From contig JBHHUM010000001.1 of assembly GCA_046861645.1 (NCBI GenBank), forward strand, positions 1-64,000: a DNA stretch of 64,000 nt. The letters are read 5' to 3'. The DNA comes from Fidelibacterota bacterium (GTDB lineage Bacteria > Fidelibacterota > Marinisomatia > Marinisomatales > UBA2128). Shown piece after piece: positions 52,402 through 63,175 of this stretch. The position numbers and the translations under genes are program-made. Numbering within the stretch: the first letter of the stretch is position 1; each line of letters starts with the position of its first letter. The notes under the pieces were generated by a model that ran no database searches, had not been told where the DNA came from, and saw nothing but the letters and a program-made list of their open reading frames with translations.

Positions 52402-53125
52402 CTATTGTATCACTATCGAATATGATGGGAGCGCCTTCGCTGGTTGGCAACTCCAGCCTGAGCAACGTACAATCCAGGGGGAGTTGGAGTCAGCATTAGC
52501 CAGGTTGAATCGTGGAAAACCCACTCGTATTCATGGTGCAGGCAGGACGGATACAGGTGTACATGCCCGGGGACAGGTTGCTAATTTCATTATTGATCAG
52601 AAGTGGGATGAAGAAGAACTACGTAGAGCCATAAATGGCAACGTGGGCCGCGATGTTTATATACATAAATGTCAAAAAGTAGATGATGATTTTCATGCGC
52701 GCTTCAGTGCCCGAAGCCGACGATATTCATATCGCTGTCGAATAAACAATGCTATTTTAGATCGTAATTATGTCTGGCGTCTAGGATGGCTTCCTGCTGT
52801 CGAGATATTACAAGCCTGTGCTGATATAGTTAAAGGTGAACACGATTTTACTTCATTCAGTAAATGGTCATCTGGTGTAAAAAATAGAAGTTGTATTGTT
52901 CAGCAATCGAGGTGGATAAATGACGGGGATTTTGTAACTTATACGATAGAAGCAAACCACTTTCTACAGCATATGATCAGGTATTTAGTTGGGACGATGA
53001 TAGAGGTAGCAAAAAAAAAGATTTCTGTTGAGGATTTTCAATTCCTTTTGGAGGAACGTAATCCTCAAGCGAGGATTTACAAGGCACCTGCAGAAGGTTT
53101 AATTCTCGAAGAAGTGAATTACTGA
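52394..53125 (+). CDS. truA: tRNA pseudouridine(38-40) synthase
   Basis: YDGSAFAGWQ; GRTDTGVHA; FHARFSA. Confidence 0.96.
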   Translation: MPNYCITIEYDGSAFAGWQLQPEQRTIQGELESALARLNRGKPTRIHGAGRTDTGVHARGQVANFIIDQKWDEEELRRAINGNVGRDVYIHKCQKVDDDFHARFSARSRRYSYRCRINNAILDRNYVWRLGWLPAVEILQACADIVKGEHDFTSFSKWSSGVKNRSCIVQQSRWINDGDFVTYTIEANHFLQHMIRYLVGTMIEVAKKKISVEDFQFLLEERNPQARIYKAPAEGLILEEVNY

Positions 53126-54228
53126 TGAAAGATAATTTGTCCATCTCTCTTATAGCTTTATTCATGACATTATTTATTTTGAATGCTCCTGCAGCTGCTG
53201 GTTCACTTGATAAAAGTCGTGAAACAGCTATTACACATACCATTGAAAAAGTGGGACCTGCTGTGGCCAGTGTAAATGTTATCCAGACGGCTGAGTTTAG
53301 TAGATCGCCATTTTTCAATGATCCTTTCTTTGAATTTTGGTTTCCGCGAGATATTTATCGCCGTTCAGTCAAAACCTTTGGCTCCGGAGTCGTTATTAGT
53401 CCTGATGGATACATCATTACTAATCAGCATGTAGTTGAAAAAGCACAAGAAATAAAGGTAACTCTTCCCGGAGGATTAGAATACAAAGCCGAGATTGTTG
53501 GTTCGGATCGAAGCAGCGATATTGCTCTTCTAAAGATCGAAGGAAAAGACCTCCCTTATGCGGATCTCGGTAACTCAGATGATATCATTATTGGTGAGTG
53601 GGTCGTCGCAATGGGAAATCCTTTTGGTTTGGCTGATGTTAACAAACAGCCTACTGCGACGGCAGGGATAGTAAGTTCAGTAGATCTTAATTTAGGACGG
53701 GAGATTGATGGAAGAGTGTACATTGGTATGATTCAAACTGACGCTTCCATAAACCCGGGACATAGCGGTGGTCCTCTATGCAATGCCAGAGGAGAAGTCA
53801 TTGGGATCAATGCTTTTATTTACACTGGAGGTGGTTATTCTGAAGGATCCATTGGTATTGGTTTTGCCATTCCTATCAATAGAGCCCGGGAGATCGCCCA
53901 GGAACTTAAATTGTACGGCAGAATTGATCGGAGCTTTGCAACTGGACTAAGGGTGCAGAGGGTAGATCGTTATCTAGCTCAGACTCTTGATTTACCTAAA
54001 GTTACCGGGGTTATTATAACCGATGTAGCTGTAGGTAGTAGTTCAGATGATGCCGGGCTTCAAGTGGGAGATGTTATCCTAAAAGTCAATGGTTTCGCCG
54101 TGAATTCCAGACATGATATTCTTAAGATAATTGAAGAAGCTGATCTCCGTTCAGGTGATTCCATTCATATTTCTTTTTTTCGGGATGGTCTCTATTTTGA
54201 GACTGCCGTTACTCTATCGGATGTATAA
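53125..54228 (+). CDS. HtrA/DegP-family serine protease with one PDZ domain
   Basis: GSGVVI; TNQHV; DIAL; QTDASINPGHSGGPL. Confidence 0.93.
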   Translation: MKDNLSISLIALFMTLFILNAPAAAGSLDKSRETAITHTIEKVGPAVASVNVIQTAEFSRSPFFNDPFFEFWFPRDIYRRSVKTFGSGVVISPDGYIITNQHVVEKAQEIKVTLPGGLEYKAEIVGSDRSSDIALLKIEGKDLPYADLGNSDDIIIGEWVVAMGNPFGLADVNKQPTATAGIVSSVDLNLGREIDGRVYIGMIQTDASINPGHSGGPLCNARGEVIGINAFIYTGGGYSEGSIGIGFAIPINRAREIAQELKLYGRIDRSFATGLRVQRVDRYLAQTLDLPKVTGVIITDVAVGSSSDDAGLQVGDVILKVNGFAVNSRHDILKIIEEADLRSGDSIHISFFRDGLYFETAVTLSDV

Positions 54229-54891
54229 ATGTTGAATAATAAACTGACATTGTCTCCAGAAGGTGGCCCTTTTGTTGTCAGTGCCATGGTTGCGGCAATA
54301 CTCTGTGGATTTTTTGGATGGAGAACCGATCTAACGCCACTACTTTTATTATCAGTCATTTTTGTTACCTTTTCAATTTTCTGTTTTCATTTTTTCCGTG
54401 ATCCCAAGAGGATACCTCCAGAAGGAGAAACTCACATCCTTGCACCTGCAGATGGTAAAGTTATCTTCGTTGGAAATATTGAGTATGATCCCGACATGCA
54501 AACTCCTGCTCGACAAATTTCAATATTTTTATCTCTATTCAATGTACATGCTAATCGAATGCCTGTAACTGGAACCATTACTTCCATCAGTTACCGAAAA
54601 GGACGTTTCCTGGCTGCTTTCAAAGAGGCAGCATCTAAAGTTAACGAACAGACGGAAATTCATATCATGACTAGAGAACACTTGGTAAAGGTCAAGCAGA
54701 TAGCAGGAATTCTAGCCCGACGAATTCTCTGCTATCTGCAGGAGGGTGATGAAGTATCCTCAGGTTATAGATTTGGTTTTATTCGATTTGGTTCCAGAAC
54801 CGACATTGTACTCCCATCGGAAGCATCCATACTGGTTACGGTAGGACAAAAAGTTGTTGGTGGAGAGACAATCATAGGAGAATTAATGTGA
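54229..54891 (+). CDS. psd: Phosphatidylserine decarboxylase
   Basis: FFRDP; APADG; NVHANR; RFGSRTD cleavage motif. Confidence 0.94.
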   Translation: MLNNKLTLSPEGGPFVVSAMVAAILCGFFGWRTDLTPLLLLSVIFVTFSIFCFHFFRDPKRIPPEGETHILAPADGKVIFVGNIEYDPDMQTPARQISIFLSLFNVHANRMPVTGTITSISYRKGRFLAAFKEAASKVNEQTEIHIMTREHLVKVKQIAGILARRILCYLQEGDEVSSGYRFGFIRFGSRTDIVLPSEASILVTVGQKVVGGETIIGELM

Positions 54892-55637
54892 AGAGACGTA
54901 TCAGAATCAGGAAAAATGTTATTCCCAGCATATTTACTTTAGTAAACCTATTTTTTGGTCTTTTAGCTATCCTGACAGCTGCCCAGGGGCAGTTCCAAAA
55001 GGCAGCCTGGCTTATCATTGCGGCAGCACTATTTGACGGTTTGGATGGAAAATTAGCCCGATTATTCAAGGTTCCCAGTCGATTTGGAATGGAATTTGAC
55101 TCTATTGCCGATATGGTTTCCTTTTGTACAGCAACGGCAGTGTTGGTCTATTTTGCCTATCTTCATAATCTCCCGCCCCTAGTTGCAACAATCATCAGTT
55201 TTGTACCTCTTCTGGCAGGTGGTATTCGATTGGCTCGTTTTAATGTTTCCAGCGACGATTTTCCACTGCCATTTTTTATTGGTCTTCCAACACCCGCTGC
55301 GGCGATAGTCATCTCCTCCTTTGTTCTTTTCAACAATGCGGTCACAGGTCATGTTGGAGATCCCCGTATCGCTCTTTCACTGATGTTTGGTCTGGCATTA
55401 TTGATGATTAGTCATATCCGTTATGGAAAGATTCCGGATTTAGGTGTGGGTAAAAAATCAATTCTTAAAATGACATTCATTCTTATTTTGGTGATTACCG
55501 TAGTGATCTGGCGAGAATACGCTGTTTTCCCTGGAGCTGTACTCTATGTTATCTGGGGGTTAGTTAACGCCATGACACAACGGGATGAAATTGAAGTACA
55601 ACTTGAGATAAACGAAGATACCAGACACGAATTGTAA
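54888..55637 (+). CDS. pssA: CDP-diacylglycerol--serine O-phosphatidyltransferase
   Basis: DGLDGKLAR..G.EFDSIAD; RLARFN; FIGLPTP. Confidence 0.93.
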   Translation: MKRRIRIRKNVIPSIFTLVNLFFGLLAILTAAQGQFQKAAWLIIAAALFDGLDGKLARLFKVPSRFGMEFDSIADMVSFCTATAVLVYFAYLHNLPPLVATIISFVPLLAGGIRLARFNVSSDDFPLPFFIGLPTPAAAIVISSFVLFNNAVTGHVGDPRIALSLMFGLALLMISHIRYGKIPDLGVGKKSILKMTFILILVITVVIWREYAVFPGAVLYVIWGLVNAMTQRDEIEVQLEINEDTRHEL

Positions 55638-55676
55638 ATATGAAGTACATTTACAATTTCCAGGTAAAAGAATTTC

Positions 55677-55961
55677 ATGCATCGTAAAACTTTGGGTTTT
55701 GTATTACTCGTAATTCTGATTGGAGCTATGTTGGGTTCCCTATTAGGATCAGGTTTGGCATACATTCTGCCTGAAGGTGTGGTAAAGGAATTTTTTCTTA
55801 GGTCAGTTGACTTTTCACTGGGAGGACTATTAGGATTGGATGATGCAATCAAAATCGACTTGCTGGTTGTGCAGTTGATTATTGGATTGAAAATTTCGCT
55901 CAACTTTGCCGCTATATTTGGTCTGGCGGCAGCATACTACTTTTTGAGGTATTTCCGCTAA
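55677..55961 (+). CDS. Small two-TM membrane protein (DUF4321-like)
   Basis: Hydrophobic ORF in operon context. Confidence 0.6.
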   Translation: MHRKTLGFVLLVILIGAMLGSLLGSGLAYILPEGVVKEFFLRSVDFSLGGLLGLDDAIKIDLLVVQLIIGLKISLNFAAIFGLAAAYYFLRYFR

Positions 55962-55982
55962 AACATTCAGAAGGAGGCAATT

Positions 55983-56222
55983 ATGGAACATCTAATGAGT
56001 ATCCCATTTCTTATCGGTCAATTAGGTCCGTGGGAGATTATCCTAATCTTTTTGGCGATTCTACTACTCTTCGGAGCTAAACGTTTACCTGAACTTGCCC
56101 GAGGCTTGGGAAAAGGTATCCGCGAATTTAAGGGCGCCGTTAGTGAAGTTGAAAAAGAGTTGGATGAAGCCACCAAAACGGTAGAAGAAAAGCCTGATGA
56201 GAAAAAATCTGAAGGGGACTGA
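55983..56222 (+). CDS. tatA: Twin-arginine translocase TatA/E
   Basis: LLLFGAKRLPELARGLGKGIREFK; RBS GGAGG. Confidence 0.95.
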   Translation: MEHLMSIPFLIGQLGPWEIILIFLAILLLFGAKRLPELARGLGKGIREFKGAVSEVEKELDEATKTVEEKPDEKKSEGD

Positions 56223-56372
56223 ATATTTCCCCTTAGAAGTAGCGTTAAGCTTTGTACTAACTCTGATAATATTTTTAGTTGTGTAATTCAGAGTACATTA
56301 TCTACAGCGAAGAACTTTCCTATAAAGCGGAAACTTCTAATCATACCGTGCATTATTTCATGAGAAATATTA

Positions 56373-57377
56373 TTGTTGAACATGTTTGAATTCGCACACC
56401 CTTGGATTTTGCTCTTGCTGGGAATTGTCCCCGCCCTCGTCTGGTGGTACCTCCGCTGGGGTCGCCATTGGGAAGGGTCTGTAAGATTTTCTTCTCTAAG
56501 CCTGATCCGAACTTTACCAGGTCTTTCTGGACAATGGAAAGTTTACATCCTGAACATAATGACTTTATTAATCATTGCATTGCTCATCATCGCCTTAGCC
56601 CGGCCTCGAATATCTATACAAGAAAACGAATCTTCCTGGGAAGTAGTGGACATTATGCTGGTTTTGGATATCAGCGGTAGTATGCAGGCAGAAGACTTCA
56701 AGCCTAACAGGTTAGAAGCAGCTAAACAAGAGGCTTTAGATTTCATTTCCGCCCGACAGCATGATCGTATCGGTTTAGTTGTATTTGCTGGAGAAAGCTA
56801 TCTTCAATGTCCGTTGACTGTTGATATTGATGTAATTGCTAATATCCTTAAACAGGTTACAATAATCGATGAGCAACATGACGGTACAGCCATCGGAATG
56901 GCCTTAGCCATGGGTATTAATCGGTTGAGGGATAGTGAGGTGGAGAACAAGGTGTTAGTACTTCTTTCTGACGGGAGTAATAATGCTGGAGAGCTTGATC
57001 CGCTTACAGCTGCAAGAATGGCAAAGGACTATGGGATAAAAATACATACAATTGGAATTGGTAGGGAAGGTAAAGTTCCTTATCCAGTCATCGATCCGTT
57101 TACCGGTCGGAAGCGGTTGGTTTATCAGGAGATGGAAATGGATGAGGAAACGCTATCTACCATTGCTGAGACAACCCAAGGACAATACTCCCGAGCCAGT
57201 GAAAGAGAAGGATTATCTGCTATATTTGCTGAGTTAGATACCTTGGAGCGATCTGAAGTGTCAGTGACCAATTATACTGAATATAAGGAAATTTTTGCCT
57301 GGTTTCTTTTTCCTGCCATTTTTCTTGCAGTTAGTGACCGTTTCATCCAACAATTTTTATTTCGTCAAAGGTATTAA
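56373..57377 (+). CDS. batA: BatA vWA-domain protein
   Basis: ALARP; DISGSM..DFKPNRL; GTAIG; LSDGSNNAG. Confidence 0.88.
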   Translation: MLNMFEFAHPWILLLLGIVPALVWWYLRWGRHWEGSVRFSSLSLIRTLPGLSGQWKVYILNIMTLLIIALLIIALARPRISIQENESSWEVVDIMLVLDISGSMQAEDFKPNRLEAAKQEALDFISARQHDRIGLVVFAGESYLQCPLTVDIDVIANILKQVTIIDEQHDGTAIGMALAMGINRLRDSEVENKVLVLLSDGSNNAGELDPLTAARMAKDYGIKIHTIGIGREGKVPYPVIDPFTGRKRLVYQEMEMDEETLSTIAETTQGQYSRASEREGLSAIFAELDTLERSEVSVTNYTEYKEIFAWFLFPAIFLAVSDRFIQQFLFRQRY

Positions 57378-58409
57378 ATGATAACGTTTCGTTACCCTCT
57401 GATATTTGTTCTATACGGATTGCTGCTTGTAGTAGCAATTTTGAACAGATTATGGCGAGGTAATAGGGAAAGAGAATTGGACCAATGGGGAAATGAAAAG
57501 GTCAGGGAGAGACTCTTTTCCCGGGTGCATCAATCCGCGCGTAGATGGCGTCAACGATTGTACTGGAGTGGTATTCTAGTACTGATTTTTGCAGCAACTG
57601 GTCCCCAAATTGGAACTCAGTTAAGGGAAGTAAAACGAGAAGGTGTAGATGTATTAGTGGCGCTGGATATATCCAACAGTATGTTGGCTAGAGATGTTCG
57701 TCCTTACCGGTTGGCGCGGGCCAAATTCGAAGCCCGGCAGCTCTTTTCCCGTCTGAGAGGGGACAGAGTGGGAATGATTGTTTTTGCTGGTACCAGCCAT
57801 CTCTATCTACCTTTTACTGGTGATTTTAATGCAGCTCGACTCTTTCTGGAAGCCGTAACAACGTCTATGATCGAAATTCAGGGAACTGCACTGGCGGATG
57901 CCATTAATCTGGCTTTGGCATCTTTTCCAGTGGACGATCCTAAATTCCGAACCCTGGTTCTAATTACTGATGGGGAAGATCATGAGGGCGATGTCATGGC
58001 TGCTGTGAGAAATGCTAAGAGTAAGGATATTATCATTCATGTGGCGGGAGTGGGATCTCAAGATCAGGTTCCAATCCCAATACTTGATTCACAAGGTCTA
58101 GTCTCTGATTATAAGAAGCAAGAATCTGGTGAACTGGTTACTACTGGACTTAATGAAGAGATACTCCATACTATTGCATCTGAAACGGGTGGTCAGTATC
58201 TTCGTATTGATGACGGCTCAGCTGGAATTGTCCCTATCGCAGATGCTATTAGTGGAATGGAGAAAAAGACTCTTCAGACTCATGAATATGCTGGTTTCGA
58301 GGATAGATACCAGTTTTTTACTGCTGTAGCCTTAATCATGTTTCTTGGAGAGATGTTAATCTCAACTCGCAGAAAAAAAGAGAGGAAGTGGCGTGGTCGT
58401 TTTGTATAA
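57378..58409 (+). CDS. batB: BatB vWA-domain protein
   Basis: DISNSMLARDVRP.RL; QGTAL; ITDGEDHEG; DRYQ. Confidence 0.88.
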   Translation: MITFRYPLIFVLYGLLLVVAILNRLWRGNRERELDQWGNEKVRERLFSRVHQSARRWRQRLYWSGILVLIFAATGPQIGTQLREVKREGVDVLVALDISNSMLARDVRPYRLARAKFEARQLFSRLRGDRVGMIVFAGTSHLYLPFTGDFNAARLFLEAVTTSMIEIQGTALADAINLALASFPVDDPKFRTLVLITDGEDHEGDVMAAVRNAKSKDIIIHVAGVGSQDQVPIPILDSQGLVSDYKKQESGELVTTGLNEEILHTIASETGGQYLRIDDGSAGIVPIADAISGMEKKTLQTHEYAGFEDRYQFFTAVALIMFLGEMLISTRRKKERKWRGRFV

Positions 58410-59130
58410 AAGTGGTATGCTATTATTACTGAGTTTAACACTCCTTTACGCTCAAAGCGAAGATGTTCTTGATGAAAAGCTGAAATTCAACACTATGTTA
58501 AAAAGTCATCCTGATGTTCCCGAATTACGATTTGATGCTGGCTATGAAGCTTACCTAAATGGGGATTTAAATCAAGCTCAATCTCAGTTTAAGTCTTCGG
58601 CAGAAATGGGTTATCAAGCTTTACAGTTTCCTGCTCTCTACAATTTAGGAAATACACTTTATTCTCAAGCTGAACAACCCGGGAATAGCAACACAGGAAC
58701 TCCACCGGAAAATTCCACATCTTATGCTGATGCAGTCAACGCCTTCCGACAGGCTCTTCAACTTAATGCATCAGATGAAAATGCTAAGTATAACTATGAG
58801 CTTGCATTAAAGAAAATGTTAGCACAACCCCCACAACAACAGAATCAAAAACAGGACCAATCCAAAGAGAATTCTGAAGAACAAGAGAACAAAGACCAAA
58901 AGCAAAAAGAGTCAAATAATAAATCCGAACAACCTCAACAGTCTCCTGAACAAGATAAGAGTCACGAAGAGCATTCACAAGAACAGGAAAATAGTTCCCA
59001 AGAGATAGAAAAGAGTGATCAGAAACCCGATTCGGAGTCAATCTTGGATGCTCTCCGAGCGCAAGAAAAGCTGCAACCCCGGTTATTCATTGATAAGATG
59101 AAAATTAGGAAACCAGAGAAGGATTGGTAA
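58393..59130 (+). CDS. batC: BatC-like TPR protein
   Basis: YNLGN; AKYNYELA; Q/E-rich linker; terminal EKDW. Confidence 0.8.
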   Translation: MVVLYKSGMLLLLSLTLLYAQSEDVLDEKLKFNTMLKSHPDVPELRFDAGYEAYLNGDLNQAQSQFKSSAEMGYQALQFPALYNLGNTLYSQAEQPGNSNTGTPPENSTSYADAVNAFRQALQLNASDENAKYNYELALKKMLAQPPQQQNQKQDQSKENSEEQENKDQKQKESNNKSEQPQQSPEQDKSHEEHSQEQENSSQEIEKSDQKPDSESILDALRAQEKLQPRLFIDKMKIRKPEKDW

Positions 59131-59131
59131 T

Positions 59132-60880
59132 ATGAATCGTCTAACGGTTCTTATTTTTGGATTTTGTACTCTCATTTCAGCCCAGGTAAATGTCGTTGCC
59201 TCAGTAGATAAGAATAATATTTACCTGAATCAATATATCAATTTTGAGATTCGATCTGAGGGTAGTGAAGGGTTTCCTCAAGTTGATTTAAGTCCTATTA
59301 AAGATTTCACTATCACCAGTGGGCCAACTCAGAGCAGCAGTTATCAGATGTTTAATAATAGAGTAACTACAGCGTTTACACTGTCGTGGAACTTCAAACC
59401 CCGCAAGCAGGGAAAGCTTACTATTCCTTCTTTAAAAGTGGTTGTAGATGGGAAATCTTATCGTACTAAAAAGATTTCTGTTGAAGTTTCCAAATCCACT
59501 AAAACTCAAGCCCGCCGCAAGCAAAAGAAAAAACAGGAAACACGATATGTATTCTTAGTAGCTGAAACAGATAAAAGAGAAGCATATATCGGGGAGCAAA
59601 TAACAGTAGAATTCCTTCTTTATACACAAGTTACAATAAACGATATTTCAATGGTACAAAAACCTCAGGGAATTGGCTTCTGGAAGGAGGAACTCCAATC
59701 ACCCCGCTCTCCCAAATTCCACTTGCGTGAACGGAATGGAGTACGATTTAATGTAGCCTCGCTGGGGAAGATTGCCTATTTTGCAACGGAGACTGGGCAG
59801 TTATCTCTGGATCCAATGATTTTAGATGTGGCAGTTGAAAGCCGTTCGGTCAACCGCTTTTTAGATGATTTTCGGTTTGGTGATCCTTTTTCTATTTTTC
59901 CACGTAGTGAACGAAAAAGGTTGGAATCTAAACCGGTGGAATTGACGATTTATCCTTTGCCTGAAGAAGGTCGTCCGGAGAAGGCGAGCCAGGCGGTGGG
60001 AGAATTTTCTCTTCGTACTTTTATCGATACTTCAGTTGTAGAAATGAACAAGGTTGTCACTTTTACCGTTGAACTTGAGGGAACTGGGAATCTGAACCTA
60101 GTGGAAATCGATGAGCCTGATTTTCCTGGCGGAGTGGAAATCTTTGATAGACGAAGACCGGTTTTTGACCGTGATGTATTCCGAGATGATTTAACGGGAG
60201 TTAAGCGTTGGGAATATATTATTATGCCCCGTCGTGCAGGTCGCTTTGTTATTCCTGAAATGGAATTAGCCTACTTTAATCCATCAGAGAATATCTGGAA
60301 GATTACTCACTCTAAACCTGTTAGACTTAATGTAGATCAGGGTAGTGAGTCTTCTTTAGGTAGTAGTAGTACATCCCGTCCGGTGATGCTGTTAGATGAA
60401 GACATCCGTTATATCAGAACTAATCCAGTTCGATTCAGCCTTATCCATAATAAAGTAATACCAACTTTTTTCTGGTGGATAGTAATAACGGGTACTGTTT
60501 TTTTTATTTCTCCTGGTGCAGTTAGACTCGTACAGGGTGATAAAGAATCCCGTCGAAAGGAGGCTCTTTCTCGCAGTGCTTTGCGACGATATCAACGTCA
60601 ACTTAAACAGATTTCTTCTCCAGAAGGTTATGGAGAAGTAGCTGACGCGGTTTCTGGATATGTAAGTGATAAATTCGGATTGCCTCATGCCGGAATGGAT
60701 GGGGAAAGCATTGATGTACTCTTAAAGGGAAATATCTCTGATGTAAAGCGGGAGGAATTAGGTCAAATCTTGAAGGAATGTAACGAAGGACGATTTTCTC
60801 CTAAAGCCGCGGTAAAAAGTGCCGTTGAACTCGCCCATAAAGTTGCTGAACTTTTGAAAAATCTGGAAGAAGAGCTTTGA
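59132..60880 (+). CDS. batD: BatD protein
   Basis: ASVDKN; AVGEF; GTGNL; YFNP; position in bat operon. Confidence 0.82.
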   Translation: MNRLTVLIFGFCTLISAQVNVVASVDKNNIYLNQYINFEIRSEGSEGFPQVDLSPIKDFTITSGPTQSSSYQMFNNRVTTAFTLSWNFKPRKQGKLTIPSLKVVVDGKSYRTKKISVEVSKSTKTQARRKQKKKQETRYVFLVAETDKREAYIGEQITVEFLLYTQVTINDISMVQKPQGIGFWKEELQSPRSPKFHLRERNGVRFNVASLGKIAYFATETGQLSLDPMILDVAVESRSVNRFLDDFRFGDPFSIFPRSERKRLESKPVELTIYPLPEEGRPEKASQAVGEFSLRTFIDTSVVEMNKVVTFTVELEGTGNLNLVEIDEPDFPGGVEIFDRRRPVFDRDVFRDDLTGVKRWEYIIMPRRAGRFVIPEMELAYFNPSENIWKITHSKPVRLNVDQGSESSLGSSSTSRPVMLLDEDIRYIRTNPVRFSLIHNKVIPTFFWWIVITGTVFFISPGAVRLVQGDKESRRKEALSRSALRRYQRQLKQISSPEGYGEVADAVSGYVSDKFGLPHAGMDGESIDVLLKGNISDVKREELGQILKECNEGRFSPKAAVKSAVELAHKVAELLKNLEEEL

Positions 60881-61635
60881 GGTCTATCTTACTGACAATA
60901 TTGTATTTAGCTTCGTTTTCTTTAGCTGAAGATGATGGCTTACTGATGCTGTTTCAAAAGGGAAATCGAGCCTTTGAAGATTCTTCCTGGACTGAGGCAA
61001 TCGATAGTTATGAAACGATCTTAATGAATGGGTTTCATCATTCCGATCTCTACTATAATCTTGGGAATGCTTATTATCGCTTCCGATCTTTAGGACAAGC
61101 AATTTGGGCTTACGAAAGGGGGCTGCTCTTAAAGCCTGGAGATGATGACCTTCTACACAATCTAGCTTTTGTGAAACGTGAAGCAGGAATTTCTGAACTG
61201 CCACAACCCTTCTTCTTGTTCAGAGTTTATGACTCACTGAAAAGTTCTATACAGCCTCAACAATGGTTATTGATTTCTGGGGTAGCTTTCCTAATGAGTG
61301 GTATACTTTTTGTCCTATCACATTTAAGTAACCCAGGGTTTGCCCGAATTACCCAAATACCTTTTATCATGATGATAGGTATAATTTTGATTTCCGGATT
61401 AATCTTTTTGGATGTACATCAGGATGAAATTACCTTGGTGGATGCAATTATTGTTGCTCGAGTAGGTATAGAGGCCAAATCTGCACCTCAAGGAAATGCT
61501 AAAACCCTATTTCATCTTCCGGAAGGGACCAAAGTAAAAATTATCCAGGATCAAAAGGATTGGTTAGAAATTGAGACGATTGACGGCAGTAAAGGTTGGT
61601 TATCATCGATGGATGTGAGAAGTTTGGCTTGGTGA
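60877..61635 (+). CDS. batE: BatE-like TPR + SH3 protein
   Basis: YYNLGNAYY; HLPEGTKV..W..GWL SH3-like tail. Confidence 0.82.
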   Translation: MRSILLTILYLASFSLAEDDGLLMLFQKGNRAFEDSSWTEAIDSYETILMNGFHHSDLYYNLGNAYYRFRSLGQAIWAYERGLLLKPGDDDLLHNLAFVKREAGISELPQPFFLFRVYDSLKSSIQPQQWLLISGVAFLMSGILFVLSHLSNPGFARITQIPFIMMIGIILISGLIFLDVHQDEITLVDAIIVARVGIEAKSAPQGNAKTLFHLPEGTKVKIIQDQKDWLEIETIDGSKGWLSSMDVRSLAW

Positions 61636-62096
61636 AAACCTTAATATCATTCCTCATTCCCTTTTTACTGTTTCCACAGCAAAAACAACCTTCATTGGAC
61701 GAAAGTTTCAACCCAAGTGAACTACAGGAACCCAAGTTGGAATTACCACCCATCATCCTACCTGGTGATGATCTTTCTGGCAAGGAATTGGAAGAAGATT
61801 TTCCATCAGACTCGACTCGGGATGGGTATCGTGTTCAGGTTCTGTCAACGCGGGATCATGAGGAAGCAGATACCCTTCAAGCGCAGCTCATGGAAAGATT
61901 TCCGGGTGAAGTTTATGTTACTTATGATCCACCTATCTACAAGGTACGAGTGGGGAATTTTATCAATCGTCCTCTCGCCGAGGAAGCCCAAACCCGTCTC
62001 AAACGGATGGGTTTTCGCAGAGCTTGGGTGATCAGAACAAGAGTGCTGATGATAACTCAGACCCAAGAGCAGTCCACCTCAACTATAGAGAAATAG
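61632..62096 (+). CDS. SPOR-domain protein
   Basis: GYRVQV; YKVRVGNF; GFRRAWV; start placed at GTG 61632. Confidence 0.85.
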   Translation: MKTLISFLIPFLLFPQQKQPSLDESFNPSELQEPKLELPPIILPGDDLSGKELEEDFPSDSTRDGYRVQVLSTRDHEEADTLQAQLMERFPGEVYVTYDPPIYKVRVGNFINRPLAEEAQTRLKRMGFRRAWVIRTRVLMITQTQEQSTSTIEK

Positions 62097-62429
62097 GTTT
62101 TGTTTTGTTCAATTGTGAAATAATGATAATACACTTTTCGGATATGTCTTTAATAATCTGACACTTTCAACTTTTTACTTTTTATTTAATATATCGTCCT
62201 TAATTGTGTCCTGATTATCTCTCGTCGGGAAAACTGTTGATGCCCTTAGGCATTGTCGCTAAATTTTAACACACTGGTCGTACTCATACTACTACCAATA
62301 CTTAATGAAAAACCTCGGAGATTGTTCTTGAATAGTACTTTACACTGCACCTTCAATGCTCTACACTCTTTATACACAATTCACCATTTTCGAAGGACTC
62401 TGTGGGATAGCTAAACCAAGGATACACTA

Positions 62430-63173
62430 ATGTCCGGTCATTCTAAATGGTCCAGTATCAAGCGGAAGAAAGCAGCGCTAGATGCCAAGCGGGGGAAGAT
62501 TTTTACTAAGATCATCAAAGAAATCACCGTTGCAGCACGGATGGGAGGTGGTGATGAGGAGACTAATCCTCGATTACGACAAGCCATCCTCGCCGCAAAA
62601 GATGCGAATATGCCTGCTGACAATATTAAACGGGCAATACAGAAAGGGACGGGCGATTTAGAGGGGGTTAACTATGAGGAAGCCACATTTGAAGGTTATG
62701 GACCGGGAGGTGTAGCTATCATGATGGAGGTTTTGACCGACAACCGGAAAAGAACGGTGGCTGAACTTCGACATCTTTTAACTAAGTATAACGGGAATTT
62801 AGGTGAAAGTGGATGTGTGGCGTGGATGTTTACGAAAAAGAGTCTCATTACGGTGGATAAGCGTGGTGTAGATGAGGATTTATTATTGGAGACTATTTTA
62901 GAAGGGGGTGGTGACGATTATTTGGAAGAGGATGATGCCTATGAGATCACAGCTACCCCTGAAAATTTGTTGGTCGTTAGGGCGGCTCTAGAACAGGCTG
63001 GATTCAATGTTAAAAGTGCTGAGATTACCATGATTCCTCAAAATACGGTAAAAGTAGAAGGTAGGGAGGGATTATCCTTATTAAGCCTTATGGAAGCTCT
63101 GGAAGATCATGATGATATTCAGACTGTATCAGCTAATTTTGACATTGAGGAAACTGAATTGGAAAAGGTTTAA
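62430..63173 (+). CDS. yebC: YebC/PmpR family protein
   Basis: MSGHSKW; EGYGPGG; TDN..RT. Confidence 0.96.
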   Translation: MSGHSKWSSIKRKKAALDAKRGKIFTKIIKEITVAARMGGGDEETNPRLRQAILAAKDANMPADNIKRAIQKGTGDLEGVNYEEATFEGYGPGGVAIMMEVLTDNRKRTVAELRHLLTKYNGNLGESGCVAWMFTKKSLITVDKRGVDEDLLLETILEGGGDDYLEEDDAYEITATPENLLVVRAALEQAGFNVKSAEITMIPQNTVKVEGREGLSLLSLMEALEDHDDIQTVSANFDIEETELEKV

Positions 63174-63175
63174 TC

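Noticed and set aside
62097..62429. 333-bp gap before yebC as a tRNA or ncRNA
   Set aside because: No cloverleaf or recognisable structure; likely an AT-rich promoter region
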